DNA from: Octopus sinensis
Taxonomy: Eukaryota
Length of the DNA: 64,000 nucleotides
Assembly (NCBI RefSeq): GCF_006345805.1
Contig: NW_021833574.1
Span: 1 to 64,000, forward strand
Direction of reading: 5' to 3'
Shown here: positions 36,706 to 49,165 of the stretch, in pieces
How positions within the stretch are numbered: the stretch's first letter is position 1
How the letters are laid out: each line of letters begins with the position of its first letter
The notes under the pieces: model-generated
Told to the model about the DNA's origin: nothing
The model's database searches: none
Seen by the model: the letters and a program-made list of their open reading frames with translations, nothing else
Position numbers and translations under genes: made by a program

Positions 36706-38795
36706 TAACTTTTTATTGTAGCCACACAGGGCTAAACACAGAATAAAAATGGACGAAATACAATGTAGAATTTTTTCTTTTCGAGGTGGGATGGGTGGGG
36801 CACAAAAAAACAAAAACAAACACGTTTGATCAATAGGGATCTGTGGGTTGTGTGGTGTATAAAAAGCAATATATATATATATATATATAAGGTTCACAGT
36901 TTAGGTGTATCCTTGGAAAGAAAAACCTACAAAAAAGACCAAGGTCACCTCAGACAGTTCGAAAATGAACACATGAGTAAGTCGCCTTACTTCTTCGTTG
37001 TCTCTTTTGGTTACAGATTTATGCTTAAAATAGTGTCGTCTTTCATACTCACCATTTTTGCCACTTTTACACCCACTTTTTTATTAAAACATTCGTTCGA
37101 CAAAGCCTTCCTCTCTATTCTCATCCTCCTTTTCAAGTGGTACTTGAAAAAGTTGACGAGAGACTGACCAGAGAGGAAGGTGTTTGTTTGCAGTCCTTTC
37201 AAACGCGTCCACCACACACATTCTTTCGCCATAGCCATCAGCGTAACGAAAACCGTTTTCTCTTCCCGTTTAAAGGAAGGTGGTGGAACAATATCCACGT
37301 TATACTTGGCCGATAGGCGGGCCCGACCTACACGTGACAACAGCTGTTCGACGAAGGTCCACAGCTCTGAAATATCTGGACACTGCACGAGTGCGTGCAG
37401 AACGGTTTCGTCGCTCTGATTGCATCTCGGGCAGGTCGGTCCGGTGATGGTTTTCGAACCGTGCCTGTAGCTCTTCTCTCGAACAGGTAATGCGTCTCGA
37501 TAGCACTGCCAAGCCAGAGATTTCTGGAAGTTATCCATAGGCCCCGGCCCGAACGTCGTCATGAACAGGCGCGCCCAGGTTTGCCCCGAGTGTGTCGTCG
37601 GACCTCCCCTCCACTAGTCCTCTATAGAACGCTTTAGTCGTTTGTAAGTTGCACAAGTTTGACCCCGGTCGGCAAGCTGCTGTAAGCTGGCGACACTCTC
37701 GGTGCCAATCGCCCATTTTCGGTCTCTCTTGATCCACGTTTGCAGTTCGGTCAGTGAGACGAGCTGCGGGAAGACGCGCTACACAAACGGCGCCCACACC
37801 TGTTCACCGTCGTCGATGAAGTTCCAGAGATGCCGCAGTCTCAGCGCATGCCTGCGCATCATCAACCACGGCATGCCCAGTCCTCCATTCAACGGATGTT
37901 GACAGCAAATGGACTTCCTCACCATCGGAACGCCACCCTACCACAGGAAGCGGAAGAGTATGCGCTCCAGTTTGGTGATGGTGGCGTTGGGACAAGGCAC
38001 GATGGTCAGGTGGTAATCGATGACGGATGCGATGTACGCGTTCGCCACCTCCGCCCGGCCTTTTAGAGACAGCTTTCTCTCGGCCCATGTTTAGCTGAGA
38101 GCGACCACTCTACTCGTGATCTCGTCCAGTTCTTATCCATTTGGAGGTCCGGACTGAACAGACCCCGAGCAATTTAACCGTTCCGTCCGTCCAGCGTCCC
38201 ACTACTGAGCCTCAGTCGGACGGCATGGGCTTGCTTCTCCAGGTGCCGAGTAGCAAACCCACTGACTTTCCTGGTTAATCTTCGCTCCCGTCACCGTTTC
38301 GTATTTTCTTAGTGTTTCGCCTATCATCTGGATTGTGTTTGTCGCTCGACACTATGACGGTGACATCGTCCGCATAGGCCAACACGCTCGTCCGTAACCC
38401 AGTTCCCGTGGGATGCCCCTCAGTTCGCCAGCTTCCGCAGTAGCGGCTCAAGAGTCAATACATACAGAAGCGCCGACAGGGGACACCCCTGACGGACCGA
38501 ACGCGTGATGTCAAACGGTTTCGACAGGTGACCGTTCACCCGAATCACCGATCGGATGCCGCTATACAAGGCATCGGATGGTCGAGTCGGAACCTGTCAG
38601 ACAAATGGAAACGTCTGAGTAGGTCTTTGAGGCACTTATACCCCCTTCTATTCCTATCCATTCCCACATAATCTAGATGCGTGTCCAAGGTAGCGTTCCA
38701 ATCCCCTACTAACAGTAAAGGTCTAGACGTACCCAGGAAAACCTCTAGACGTCTGAAGAAATCCGCCCAAATCGTTCTCTATCTAAATTCACACA
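36706..38795 (-). mobile_element. Tx1/L1-clade LINE: partial APE endonuclease, RT, C-terminal CCHC finger and 3' UTR; internally deleted and frameshifted
   Basis: LLLVGDWNATLD (~38700), SVRQGCPLSALLY (~38485), AYADDVT (38365-38376), CPRCNQSDETVLHALVQC (ORF 37011-37562); AATAAA at 36711-36716 followed by a (TATC)n tail. Confidence 0.92.
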
Positions 38796-38844
38796 GATTC
38801 GTGTGTGTGCGTGTGGTGTGTGTGTGTGTGTGTGTATGTGTGTG

Positions 38845-38901
<57 letters not shown>

Positions 38902-39112
38902 ACGTGTGTTTATATACATTTTTATAGTGGTTTCGAGTTGGCGGATCCAAAACGACGAACGCGTTTCATACTTCGGGGGTTCGAGACTCTATGCGACCGA
39001 AATTGAACAGCTGCTGTAGTCTGGTCTGAGTCAGATCTAAACGTTTTCGTTATATTTTGGATCTGAAATTAGTTGTAGTTCATTTGTCCAGGTTTTGTTT
39101 CCCCTAATTGAT

Positions 39113-39494
39113 GGAAGCACTCCATCGGTTACGACGACGAGGGTTCCGGTTGATCCGATCAACGGAACAGCCTGCTCGTGAAATTAACGTGTAAGTGGCT
39201 GAGCACTCCACAGACACGTGTACCCTTAACGTAGTTCTCGGGGATATTCAGCGTGACACAGAGAGTGACAAGGCCGGCCCTTTGAAATACAGGTACAACA
39301 GAAACAGGAAGTAAGAGTGAGAGAAAGTTGTGGTGAAAGAGTACAGCAGGGATCACCACCATCCTCTGCCGGAGCCTCGTGGAACTTTTAGGTGTTTTCG
39401 CTCAAAAAACACCCACAACGCCCGGTCTGGGAATCGAAACCGCGATCCTATGACCGCGAGTCCGCTGGCTTAACCACTGGGCCATTGCGCCTCC
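39113..39494 (-). mobile_element. SINE family C (C head, X tail), full length
   Basis: Near-identical reverse complement of 46772-47157. Confidence 0.93.
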
Positions 39495-39529
39495 ACTTTC
39501 CCCAAAATTAAATATGTTCTGAACCAATA

Positions 39530-39584
<55 letters not shown>

Positions 39585-40532
39585 TGTGTGTGTGTTATCA
39601 AGAGGCAATCAAAGATTGTGACAGATGGAATGAGGTCAGTCAACCCAATCCTCAATGTTTTACTGTAGCTTGCTAAGGTCGAGCAAAGTTGTTTCTAATA
39701 AAGGTGGGCAGATTTGTGAACAAAACCATCCACGCAAGACCATTCAGTTTTCTTTCTTGGTATAAGGTGGTGGACTGGCAGAATGTAAAAACGGACGAAA
39801 CGCCGCTGAGCATTCTATCCGGCGTGCTAACAGTTCTGCCAAGCTCGCTACCTTGAATTTCCTGGGTATGTTATTACTGTTTGACACAATATATTTATTC
39901 ATAAAACGAAATGGTGTTCAGTTGGAACGTCCCTGATCAGAGATCTGTTGGACCAGAAGTGACCTGGGGCTAAACAGCAGCAGCAACAACAACAACAATA
40001 ACAGCAAAAAGTAAATAAATAAGGAAGAAAGTAGACGGGAAGAGAAGGCTACAGCAGAAGAAAGAATTGAGGAGGAGGCGTTTTTTCTGGACATCAGTAT
40101 TTTCGTCTGTCAGTCAAATGACACAAATAAATATAAATATTGAACACTTGTGGGCAGTGAGTATTGATATCGATTGGATATGAGAAGCAACACGAAGAAC
40201 ATAAACAATAGCGAGCACACTGCCACGCGAATTGGTGGGAATGCATTCTCTTACGCCTATAATCGCAGCCTGCCCACAAACTGGCAAAGCACACATCTGG
40301 GGTACGTGGTCTCGATATCGACTGAATAGTGTTTATAGATACACATAACCATACATACGTAGTGGCTGGTTTCTTGTAAACGAGCAAAACTATTACTAGA
40401 AAAAAATCATTGAAATGAAATCATTGATAACGCAGTGTGAGGCCCTTATATTGACTTTAGACTGCCACCAAATATTGACACATTTTATTTCATAATGCAC
40501 AGTTGTACAAACTGGCAGAAAGAACCAGTGCC

Positions 40533-40752
40533 ACATACATACATACGTACATACATACATACATACATACATACATACATACGTACGTACGTACATACAT
40601 ACATACATACGTACGTACATACATACATACATACATACATACATACATACACACATACATACATACATACGTACGTACGTACATACATACATATATACAT
40701 ACATACATACATACATACATACATACATACATACATACATACATACATACAT
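40533..40752. repeat. (CATA)n/(CGTA)n microsatellite, probable tail of the adjacent LINE
   Basis: Directly abuts the 3' end of 40765-41228. Confidence 0.9.
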
Positions 40753-40764
40753 AATACATATATA

Positions 40765-41228
40765 TGATGGCTGCCCCCTCGTTATCGAGTATGGCCATTG
40801 CGCGAAGCTTAACTGTTACTGGTGCTGTGATCGAATGTGACTTTTTAGCCCAGCTAAAGATCTACAATGTCTTGTACAGAACTGGCAGCTAAAACCTTTA
40901 CCGGTAATAGCCGGCTGTAGTTGTAACTGGGCTTCATGTACCTTTGCATGTCGTTTAAGTCCTCCCGCTGAATCACACTCCTTTCCACATGCCTGACAGA
41001 TATGATTAGTATGGTGTCTAACACCAACACCAGTGGCCAGGTGTCACTCATTTGTCTCGCTTTATGACTACGAAGATGACTCTTGAGTCCAGTTTTACTG
41101 AGGCAGGGTCTTGCACAGACACTGCATATCAGCATCATAGGAAGACCCTTCCCATCTGGAAGTGTAACAGCGATGCCCTTCTTGATATCCCTCCTTACTT
41201 TCTCATGCGCAGCTCGAGATTTCTCAAA
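40765..41228 (-). mobile_element. RTE-type LINE 3' end encoding three C2H2-like fingers (one frameshift)
   Basis: CSVCARPCLSKTGLKSHLRSH, CQACGKECDSAGGLKRHAKVH, CQFCTRHCRSLAGLKSHIRSQH* (stop 40818-40816); 3' UTR ends cgagggggcagccatcat. Confidence 0.72.
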
Positions 41229-41536
41229 AATAATATGTATATATATATATATGTATACATACATACACATGCTTATATACATATGCATTTATACACCAAC
41301 ACAATTAAATTATACTTCTCTAGACTACGTTTTACACTAGTATCTAAACTAATTCTATTATTTTTAATTGACAAAAAAATACAAAAGTGACTCTATGGCT
41401 TAGAGTTTCATGCACTGGCCTTCATCATGCACCTCAGTTACTTTTGTAACTTTCTGCCGATTAAAGAAAAGGAATTCTATTTATTCAAATACTGAATTCT
41501 ATATCTCCTGTTTGTTTCATCAAGCATGTGTGTGTG

Positions 41537-41567
<31 letters not shown>

Positions 41568-42810
41568 GTGTGTGTGCGCGTGTGTGTATGTGTGTAAAGA
41601 TACACACACACGTGCACACACATATACGCATGGATGTATACATACACGCATATATATATATATATATATATATACATACACACAGACACACAGACAGATA
41701 CACACATACACACACATACAGATAGATGGGGGAAAGAGAGATGTCAAAAGAACTAGGCCTTAGTGTCTTTGGAAATGCATGAAAACATTATTAAATGACA
41801 CAGACAAGAAATACATTCAGGATTCTGAAGTGTTTGCACAGAAACTCAGTGTTGCGTACCTCTGTCATTCAGTAATAAATGCGTGCGTGCGTGTGTGTGT
41901 GTGTGTGTGGTGTGTGTGTATTTGAAAACTCTTCGATAAAAGAAAACCAATGTCATGCTGAGAGTTACAAGCAAAGAACCACCATAGCTGCAACGATTTG
42001 GAATGACACTTCACTAACGAAACCATTATTCCCTCTTTCTAATCCATTAGAAATGGTATCTGCACATACATGCATATAAAATGGCTGCGACTCGATTTCA
42101 AGCCATGTCGTTGCTTCATTGACTTCTTAAATGTGAGCTGGATGGATGTGGGTTTCCGTTCCTGCTAAGATCCATTCATTTCTTTTCTCAGAGGTAGCAA
42201 CGATGGGCACCTCTTGTAGCAAAGTGTCCGGAGAGTTTACCTCACACGCTGATTTTTGCTTTCATTGTATGAACGGACTTTTACATCGAGTGTTTGGCTT
42301 ATTCGGCTGCGATCAACTATAGTATGCAACATATAATAGAGTTCTTATTAGAGATCTTAAAAATCAAGAGATGCCTGTACTAGAATCTTTGAAAGGCGAG
42401 GAAAAGCCTTGTGCAGGGCCGATCAAACGCTCTAACGATGCATGCATTTGACTAAAATGAACAACTAGTCTATATCACTGAATGCAAGCCTAGTCGCAAC
42501 TGTTCGGTCTCCAAGAGAGATGTCTAAACAAAGACGATGGCTTATTCCTAGCTGTTGGATAATTGTTGACTCGACTGAGTCCATCTGCTCTTTGTTAGGT
42601 TTTCCTGCTTTCTTTTTTGCCCGGAAGAGTATCCAATGAAAACCATCCCCCTTATCAAGCCAGCCTGGCTGGGTTGGCAGTTTAGATGTCGACTGACCGG
42701 CTATACGACAGGGTGTGGTTGTGTTTTATGTTACTAGCAGCTCTAAGAGTGACTTGACATAAGATATACATACAGTTACATATATATATATAAAAATAAA
42801 TGTATCGAAG

Positions 42811-43068
42811 GTTCTTCCCGAGCCAGTGGCTCATAAGGCAGGTTTCCCCAGATCCAGTGGCGTATATATTCCTCCTAGCCTTGGACAGGGCGTCGGTCGT
42901 TCGGCCGGTCGCAGGATTGCTTGTTGTTGCCAGCTGAGGGGACTGGTGCAACTTGAAATGAAACGTTTTGCTCAAGTTTGAGAACACAAGCATCGCCTGT
43001 TCCAGTAATAGAAACTAGTCTCACGATTATGAGTGCAACATCCTTAACCACTAAACCATGCGCCTTCA
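42811..43068 (-). mobile_element. SINE with D-type head/centre and Y-type tail
   Basis: Reverse complement tgaaggcgcatggtttagtggttaagg...ttgagcaaaac...caccagtccctcagctggcaa, then cctgcgaccggccg...ccttatgagccactggctcgg. Confidence 0.8.
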
Positions 43069-43283
43069 AACACACACACACACACACACACACACCACAC
43101 ACACACACACACACACATACACACATACACATACGTGCGTTCGAAGAAATATTAGAAGAGAAAACTTACAAATGAGCAAACGGAAATACAACTGCACACA
43201 TAGTAAAGCAAAAAATACACTCTCTTCATCAAGGTCACGAGGCACACACATTAACGCGCCGAGATATGCACTGACATGCACAT

Positions 43284-43328
<45 letters not shown>

Positions 43329-43504
43329 TAAATACACACACACACGTTTCAAGGCGAACATGAACACATTCTTAAACATTCATTCAAATACAGGCTCAAT
43401 CTCTCCCCACCTCTCTCTCTCTCTCTCTCTCTGACTCTCTCTCTCTCACACACACACATACACATACGCACACTATCATATACATCTCATACTCAGAAGT
43501 GAAC

Positions 43505-43610
43505 GAGAAATCTGATTAGGAGGTCGCTTGACCTACTAGAAATAGCCACTAAATTTCCCTCAAATCACATTTTACAGTTCTAACGAAAAGGAACGTACTA
43601 GATAAAGTTT
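43505..43610. mobile_element. Unclassified dispersed repeat (family F) fragment
   Basis: gtcgcttgacctactagaaatagccactaaatttccctcaaatcacat. Confidence 0.55.
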
Positions 43611-43931
43611 GTAAAAAAAAAAAAGACAAGTTAATCAATGAATTCGTGGATCATTTATATTAAAACCTCATGATAATACCCTCCAACCAAACTTATACAT
43701 GCAATGGTAGCGTGGATATGTATATACATGGGTGTGCGTGTGCGCATGTGTATGTATGTACATGCGCGCATACGCGAATCCTATGAGCAGTTTTTACTTT
43801 CTCCCCTTCCAGTATTTTCCCTTTACTAAACGGTCATTCTAATAGCTCTTTTGTTTGTCTTAATAACGGTCATTTACATAGTAATTTCCCTTTGTTTAAC
43901 AAAAAAATTTCATAGCATTTTTGTTTTGTCT

Positions 43932-43994
43932 TAATAACTGACGAGATGCCGGAGCAGATTTCCACCCCGACATCCGAAACTCGGAGTTTTATTA
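43932..43994 (+). ncRNA. Type-I hammerhead ribozyme motif (Penelope/retrozyme type)
   Basis: Helix I TAATAA/TTATTA, core CTGACGA (43938-43944), helix II GATG..CATC with one extra C, GAAA (43976-43979), helix III ACTC-g-GAGT, predicted cleavage after GUU at 43988. Confidence 0.72.
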
Positions 43995-44094
43995 TGGCAA
44001 CCGAATAATTGTCCCATATTACTTTACAGATGAATTCCTCTATTTACATAATTTCGAAGTCTCATTCATTCTTTTGTTGTCATACGATATATAT

Positions 44095-44310
44095 ACTCTT
44101 TACTCTTTTACTTGTTTCAGTCATTTGACTGTGGCCATGCCGGAGCACCGCCTTTAGTCGAGCAAATCGACCCCGGCACTTATCCTTTGGAAGCCTAGTA
44201 CTTATTCTATCGGTCTCTTTTGCCGAACCGCTAAGTTACGGGGACGTAAACACACCAGCATCGGTTATCAAGCGATGTTGGGAGGACAAACGCAGACACA
44301 CAAACATATA
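44095..44310 (-). mobile_element. SINE family A, 3' half
   Basis: Near consensus. Confidence 0.9.
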
Positions 44311-44764
44311 CATACATATATATATATATATATATATTCAGTAGCACTTCTTTAAAGTAAAGAGTATTTGCCAAAATAATGTGGCTGCCCTGGAAGGAAC
44401 GAGTGTTATTGTTGTTTAGCCCCAGGAAATATCATTTCAAGCTGGCTATGCGACGCAATATCTGTGTCTTTATATTTTCGAACACGGAGTTCAACCTCCA
44501 GTCCAGCACAAAGCAAGGATCAATATGTAGGAAGTTAGTGGGCTTCTAACAACCCGTAGAAGGTATAAAGAAAAAAGACATTCGGGAACAACAGTGGTTA
44601 ATTGGCGAAGAAGTTTGTGAATTGTTCCCGTATCGAAATACGATAAGCTTCAAAAAGTTCACGCCTAACAACAGGGGTTATTGTATATACGAATAAACAT
44701 TAAAAAATTAGGGAGTGAAGTTTGCACACACACATATATATATGTGCATCCAAAACTGAATATT

Positions 44765-45390
44765 AAACTTACAAGATACACCGGTCCACAGAGAATTTCA
44801 ATCCCAGAGCCTAAGTCAGTGAGGGACCTGGGTATCGACATGAGTGATGATACCTCTTTCCAAGTGCACATTACCAGGATGGCGACAAAGTGCAGACGAC
44901 TGGCTGGGTGGATCCTAAGAACATTCAGAACCAGAGTTAAGGAAACCATGATGGTCCTCTGGCGGACATTCGTCCTCAGCCGCCTGGATTACTGCTCATA
45001 GCTATGGTCACCTACCAGTGTGAGATTAACAGCGGACCTTGAAGCAATCCAGAGAAGATTCACAAAGAAGATCGTCTCTTTGCAACAGCTCAGCTACTGG
45101 GAAAGGTTGAAACAGCTAAGACTCTACTCCCTGGAGAGAAGACGGGAGAGGTATGCAGTAATATATGTCTGGAAGATTCTGGAAGGAATTGTGCCAAATT
45201 TTGGCATTGTAAACTACACCAATGCTAGAACGGGATGACACTGCATAGTGCCAAAGATCCCAGCAATGCCATCACGCTTCAGGACCAGCTTCTGCAACAG
45301 CCTGGGTTTCAAGGGCCCACAGCTTTTTAATATTCTCCCAAAGAGTATGAGGAACTTGCACAAAGTAGATGTAGCGGTTTTTAAATCAAA
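44765..45390 (+). mobile_element. CR1-type LINE, 5'-truncated post-RT region
   Basis: SVRDLGI...WILRTFRTR...LSRLDYCS*LWSP...LEAIQRRFTK...SYWERLKQLRLYSLERRRERY; stops at 44999 and 45236. Confidence 0.9.
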
Positions 45391-45639
45391 GCTGGTGGTG
45401 GTGGTGGTGGTGGTGGTGTTAGTAGTGACTCACTGATTGTTAGATTAAACAGGTATAAATGTAGATGAGAGAGACAGAGGGAGAAACACACAGAGAGAGA
45501 GAGAGAGTGTGTGTGTCTGTGTGTGAAAGAGGGAGAGAAACAGAGAGAATCAACTGACGTCTCTCTTTCAGTGTGTGTGATTGTGTTTTCTTTGCTTTCT
45601 GTCCACTTTTACTCCGCCTCTTCTCTCTCTCTGTCGCTC

Positions 45640-46164
45640 TCTCTGTCTCTGTCTGTCTGTCTCTCTCTCTCTCTGTCTCTCTGTCTCTCTCTGTTACGTA
45701 CTCTGTAACGCTTCTCTTACCATCACTCTCACTCTCATTCCTTCTCTTACTCTCCCTTCATTCTCTCCCTTTCTCCTGTTACATATGATCTCTATATAAG
45801 AGTGCTGCGCGCATGCATGCGGGCGCCCGTGTGTTCCTTGCATGTGGTGCATGCGCACGCGCCCGTGTGTGTGTGTGTCTGTGTGTGTGTGTGTGTGTGT
45901 GTCTGTGTGTGTGTGTGTGTGTCTGTGTGTGTAGTTTCTTTCCTTTTTACATTTCATTGTGTTTGTGTTGCATCTCTCCCCCTTATCATTTCCTCCTTCC
46001 CTTCCACTCTTTCTCTCTCTCTCTGCTGTTCTTGTCTCTCCCTCTCTTTTCATCCCTGTCATACTCTCTCTACCTCTATCTCTCTTTTGTACTTCTCTCT
46101 TCCTTACTCTCTGTTTGCCGAACTACACTTCTCTCTTTCTCTCTCTCTCTTTTCCTCTCCCTTT

Positions 46165-46203
<39 letters not shown>

Positions 46204-46500
46204 CCTGCTGCACTTCTCCCTCCCTCTCTTTTCCTTCCTCTCTCTCTCTCTGCTGTACTTCTCTCTCCCTCTCTTTTCCTTCCTCTCTCTCTGCTGTACT
46301 TCTCTCTCCCTTTCTTTTCCTTCCTCTCTCTCTCCCTCTCTTTTCCTTCCTCTCTCTCCCTCTCTTTTCCTTCCTCTCTCTCCCTCTCTTTTCCTTCCTC
46401 TCTCTCCCTCTCTCTCTCTCTGTTGCACTTCTCTCTGCCTCTCTTTTCCTTTCTCTCTCTGTATCTATCTATCTTTTGTACTTCTCTCTCCCTTTCTTCC
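45640..46500. repeat. CT-rich polypyrimidine tract with ~23-bp and ~40-bp minisatellite units
   Basis: Repeated ctctcttttccttcctctctctcc and ctgtacttctctctccc. Confidence 0.85.
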
Positions 46501-46771
46501 TGTTTACCGTACATATCATTGTAGTTTGTATGTGCGTGTATGTATGCGTGTGTGTGTGTCTGTGCATATGTATGTGTGTGTGTATGCATACTTCTCTCCG
46601 CTCTCCATTGAACTGACCCATTCTCTACCTCCAAATACTCGATATACGTGAGTACAACATTCATGTATGCAAGCATGTATGTGTGTGTATATCCGTGTGT
46701 TTCCCTATATATTTGTTTGGCCGTCTGTTTCTGACGACTTGTCATTGTATACACATCTATACGTGTGTAGT

Positions 46772-47157
46772 GGAGGCGCAATGGCCCAGTGGTTAGGGCA
46801 GCGGACTCGCGGTCGTAGGATCGCGGTTTCGATTCCCAGACCGGGCGTTGTGAGTGTTTATTGAGCGAAAACACCTAAAAGCTCCACGAGGCTCCGGCAG
46901 GGGATGGTGGTGATCCCTGCTGTACTCTTTCACCACAACTTTCTCTCACTCTTACTTCCTGTTTCTGTTGTACCTGTATTTCAAAGGGGCCGGCCTTGTC
47001 ACTCTCTGTGTCACGCTGAATATCCCCGAGAACTACGTTTAAGGGTACACGTGTCTCTGGAGTGCTCAGCCACTTACACGTTACTTTCACGAGCAGGCTG
47101 TTCTGTTGATTCGGATCAACCGGAACCCTCGTCGTCGTAACCGTCGGAGTGCTTCCA
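46772..47157 (+). mobile_element. SINE family C (C head, X tail), full length
   Basis: A-box tggcccagtggtt, B-box ggtttcgattccc, tail ...gtaaccgtcggagtgcttcca. Confidence 0.93.
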
Positions 47158-48310
47158 CCATACGTGTGTATATGTGTGTGCTTGTGTATGTGTTTGTATG
47201 TGTGTCAGTGTATTTAAGACCCGCTAGATTTGTTTGTGTGTTTGTTTGCTGGTTTAATCTCTGTATGGCAGAATTTGGAGCATATGGAGAAGTCGTTGCA
47301 AGTGAGAGGTGTAAACAACCACAGCCAACCGCAAAGAGTCGTGGATGGGAATATCGGAAGAAAGCGACTAACATTCCTTCTTGTTTATAGACAGCAAACT
47401 TGGTACACACAAACCTTCACAGCCATACATAATTACACAGGCACTCACATACACATACACATACACACGAACGTGTCATGCACACGCACACATACACAGA
47501 CAGACAGACATACACCTATATATTTATATATTTCAATCAAGATCAGACAGTAATAAAAAAAAGAAAGAAAACACTAGACAAACACGAGCATATATAGATA
47601 TGTGTATCATACACACACATATATATTACATTATAAATATATACACACACCTATACACACATACACGCACGCATAAACACGTATATACAGAAGTATAATT
47701 ATGCGGTTTATATGTTTCTAGTTACCGTGCACACACACACACACACACACACATAGCCGCGGGGGCAAACATGTGATGTTGCTAGTTGTGGTAGTGGCTA
47801 TGGTGTGGGCGGTGGTAGTAGAAGCCAGGGAAGTGCTACTCTAGTGTTTACAGTTTCATTCTGACTGCGGACAAAAAAAAAACATGAAATAAAACAGCAA
47901 CAACAAAAAAAATATATTAATGAACAAAAACTAGTCGTTTCAACCACATTGACAAACATGGACCGGTGACGACTAATTACTTCTCATTAAGGTTATGTAT
48001 GTGCGTAAATGTATCATGCGTATACATATGTGTATATAAACGCACATTTTTATATGTACATTTATGTGTGTGTATGTGTATGTGCATACATTCATATACG
48101 ATCATTTATACCTACATATTTGTATATATATATACATATATATAAATGTATGTATATATATAAGCATACACAAACACACAAACACGCGCACACAGATTCA
48201 TATATACATACGCATATGTTTGTATAATGATGTGTCTTAAAAAGCACAAATAACGGAAATACGAAATTGATATATTGGTTTCTTGCTGTAATGAAGACAA
48301 ATCTAAGAAC

Positions 48311-48349
48311 GTTCTTATATTTCGGGCTGTTTGCTCTTCATCGGAGCAA
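48311..48349 (-). ncRNA. Minimal type-I hammerhead-like motif, CCGATGA core
   Basis: CCGATGA-A-GAGC-aaaca-GCCC-GAAA-TAT-A; palindromic ATAT helix III; imperfect helix I. Confidence 0.45.
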
Positions 48350-49165
48350 AATGAGAGCAAACAGAGAAAAGGGGGGGGGGCGGAGAAAAAGTAGAAATGG
48401 AGAACGAAAAACATTCCGTATAAGCCCATGTGCTTCTTCTTGCGAATTTTACACTTTCTCCGTTCCTTCCATTTTTAGTGCGGTTGTCCGTCCTATCCTC
48501 TTTTCTTGCTGGTTACATATCAGGTAGGCTATTAGGTTACCTGTGATGACACTAACGACACCAAGGCTCGTTTGTGTTTCCTAATATATCTTATTTACCA
48601 TTGAACTGTATTTATATATGAGCCACCAATAATTTAATATTGTGATAATGATACAGAGCATATAAATCAATGCATATAATGGATACTAGCTGTCTGACCC
48701 TTACTAGTTAAGGACGGTGAAAAGGAAAAGACGATAAGTGAATTAAGAGACTACCAGAAGAGAAGAACTATCTACTACTGCAAATATTGAAATAGTTTCT
48801 GTCTGTCCAGAAGGTTCTAGAATTCATTTGGAAGGAGGACTCCTATACTTTCCTACGTAGTTAGCACATTAACATTAAATAATTGAACCAGTGCTGATTT
48901 GTCTCAAACCACACTTTTATTTATTTTTTGTTTCCTCCTGATATAAACTAAAAAAAAACAATGTCTGGAAGACGCACAACGTAACAGCACACCTTTGATG
49001 CAAGTCTGATGAAGTGCCTCTGTCTAAAACCGCAAACGTTATGTACGTTTTCACTTCGAATTTTTGCATACACTGGCGCTGCAAGCAGAGTTGGTAAGGA
49101 AACAATTGTAATGAATCTTTAAAGACGTATTAACAAATAACTGTGTCTTCTTATTTCGATTATAT

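Noticed and set aside
40816-41150. Exon of a host C2H2 zinc-finger gene
   Set aside because: No TGEKP linkers, Cys in place of the conserved Phe, a frameshift and a LINE-like 3' UTR with microsatellite tail. Kept as a LINE, with the alternative noted.
46772-46845. Functional tRNA gene (also the other SINE heads)
   Set aside because: A- and B-boxes are present but there is no closing acceptor stem, and the sequence continues into a SINE body shared by many copies.
45802-46874. 230-267-aa Leu/Ser- or Glu/Arg-rich ORFs
   Set aside because: CT/GA simple-repeat translation. The same applies to the ORFs at 7454-8191 and 12334-13039 and to the many YI/CV/HT-repeat ORFs.
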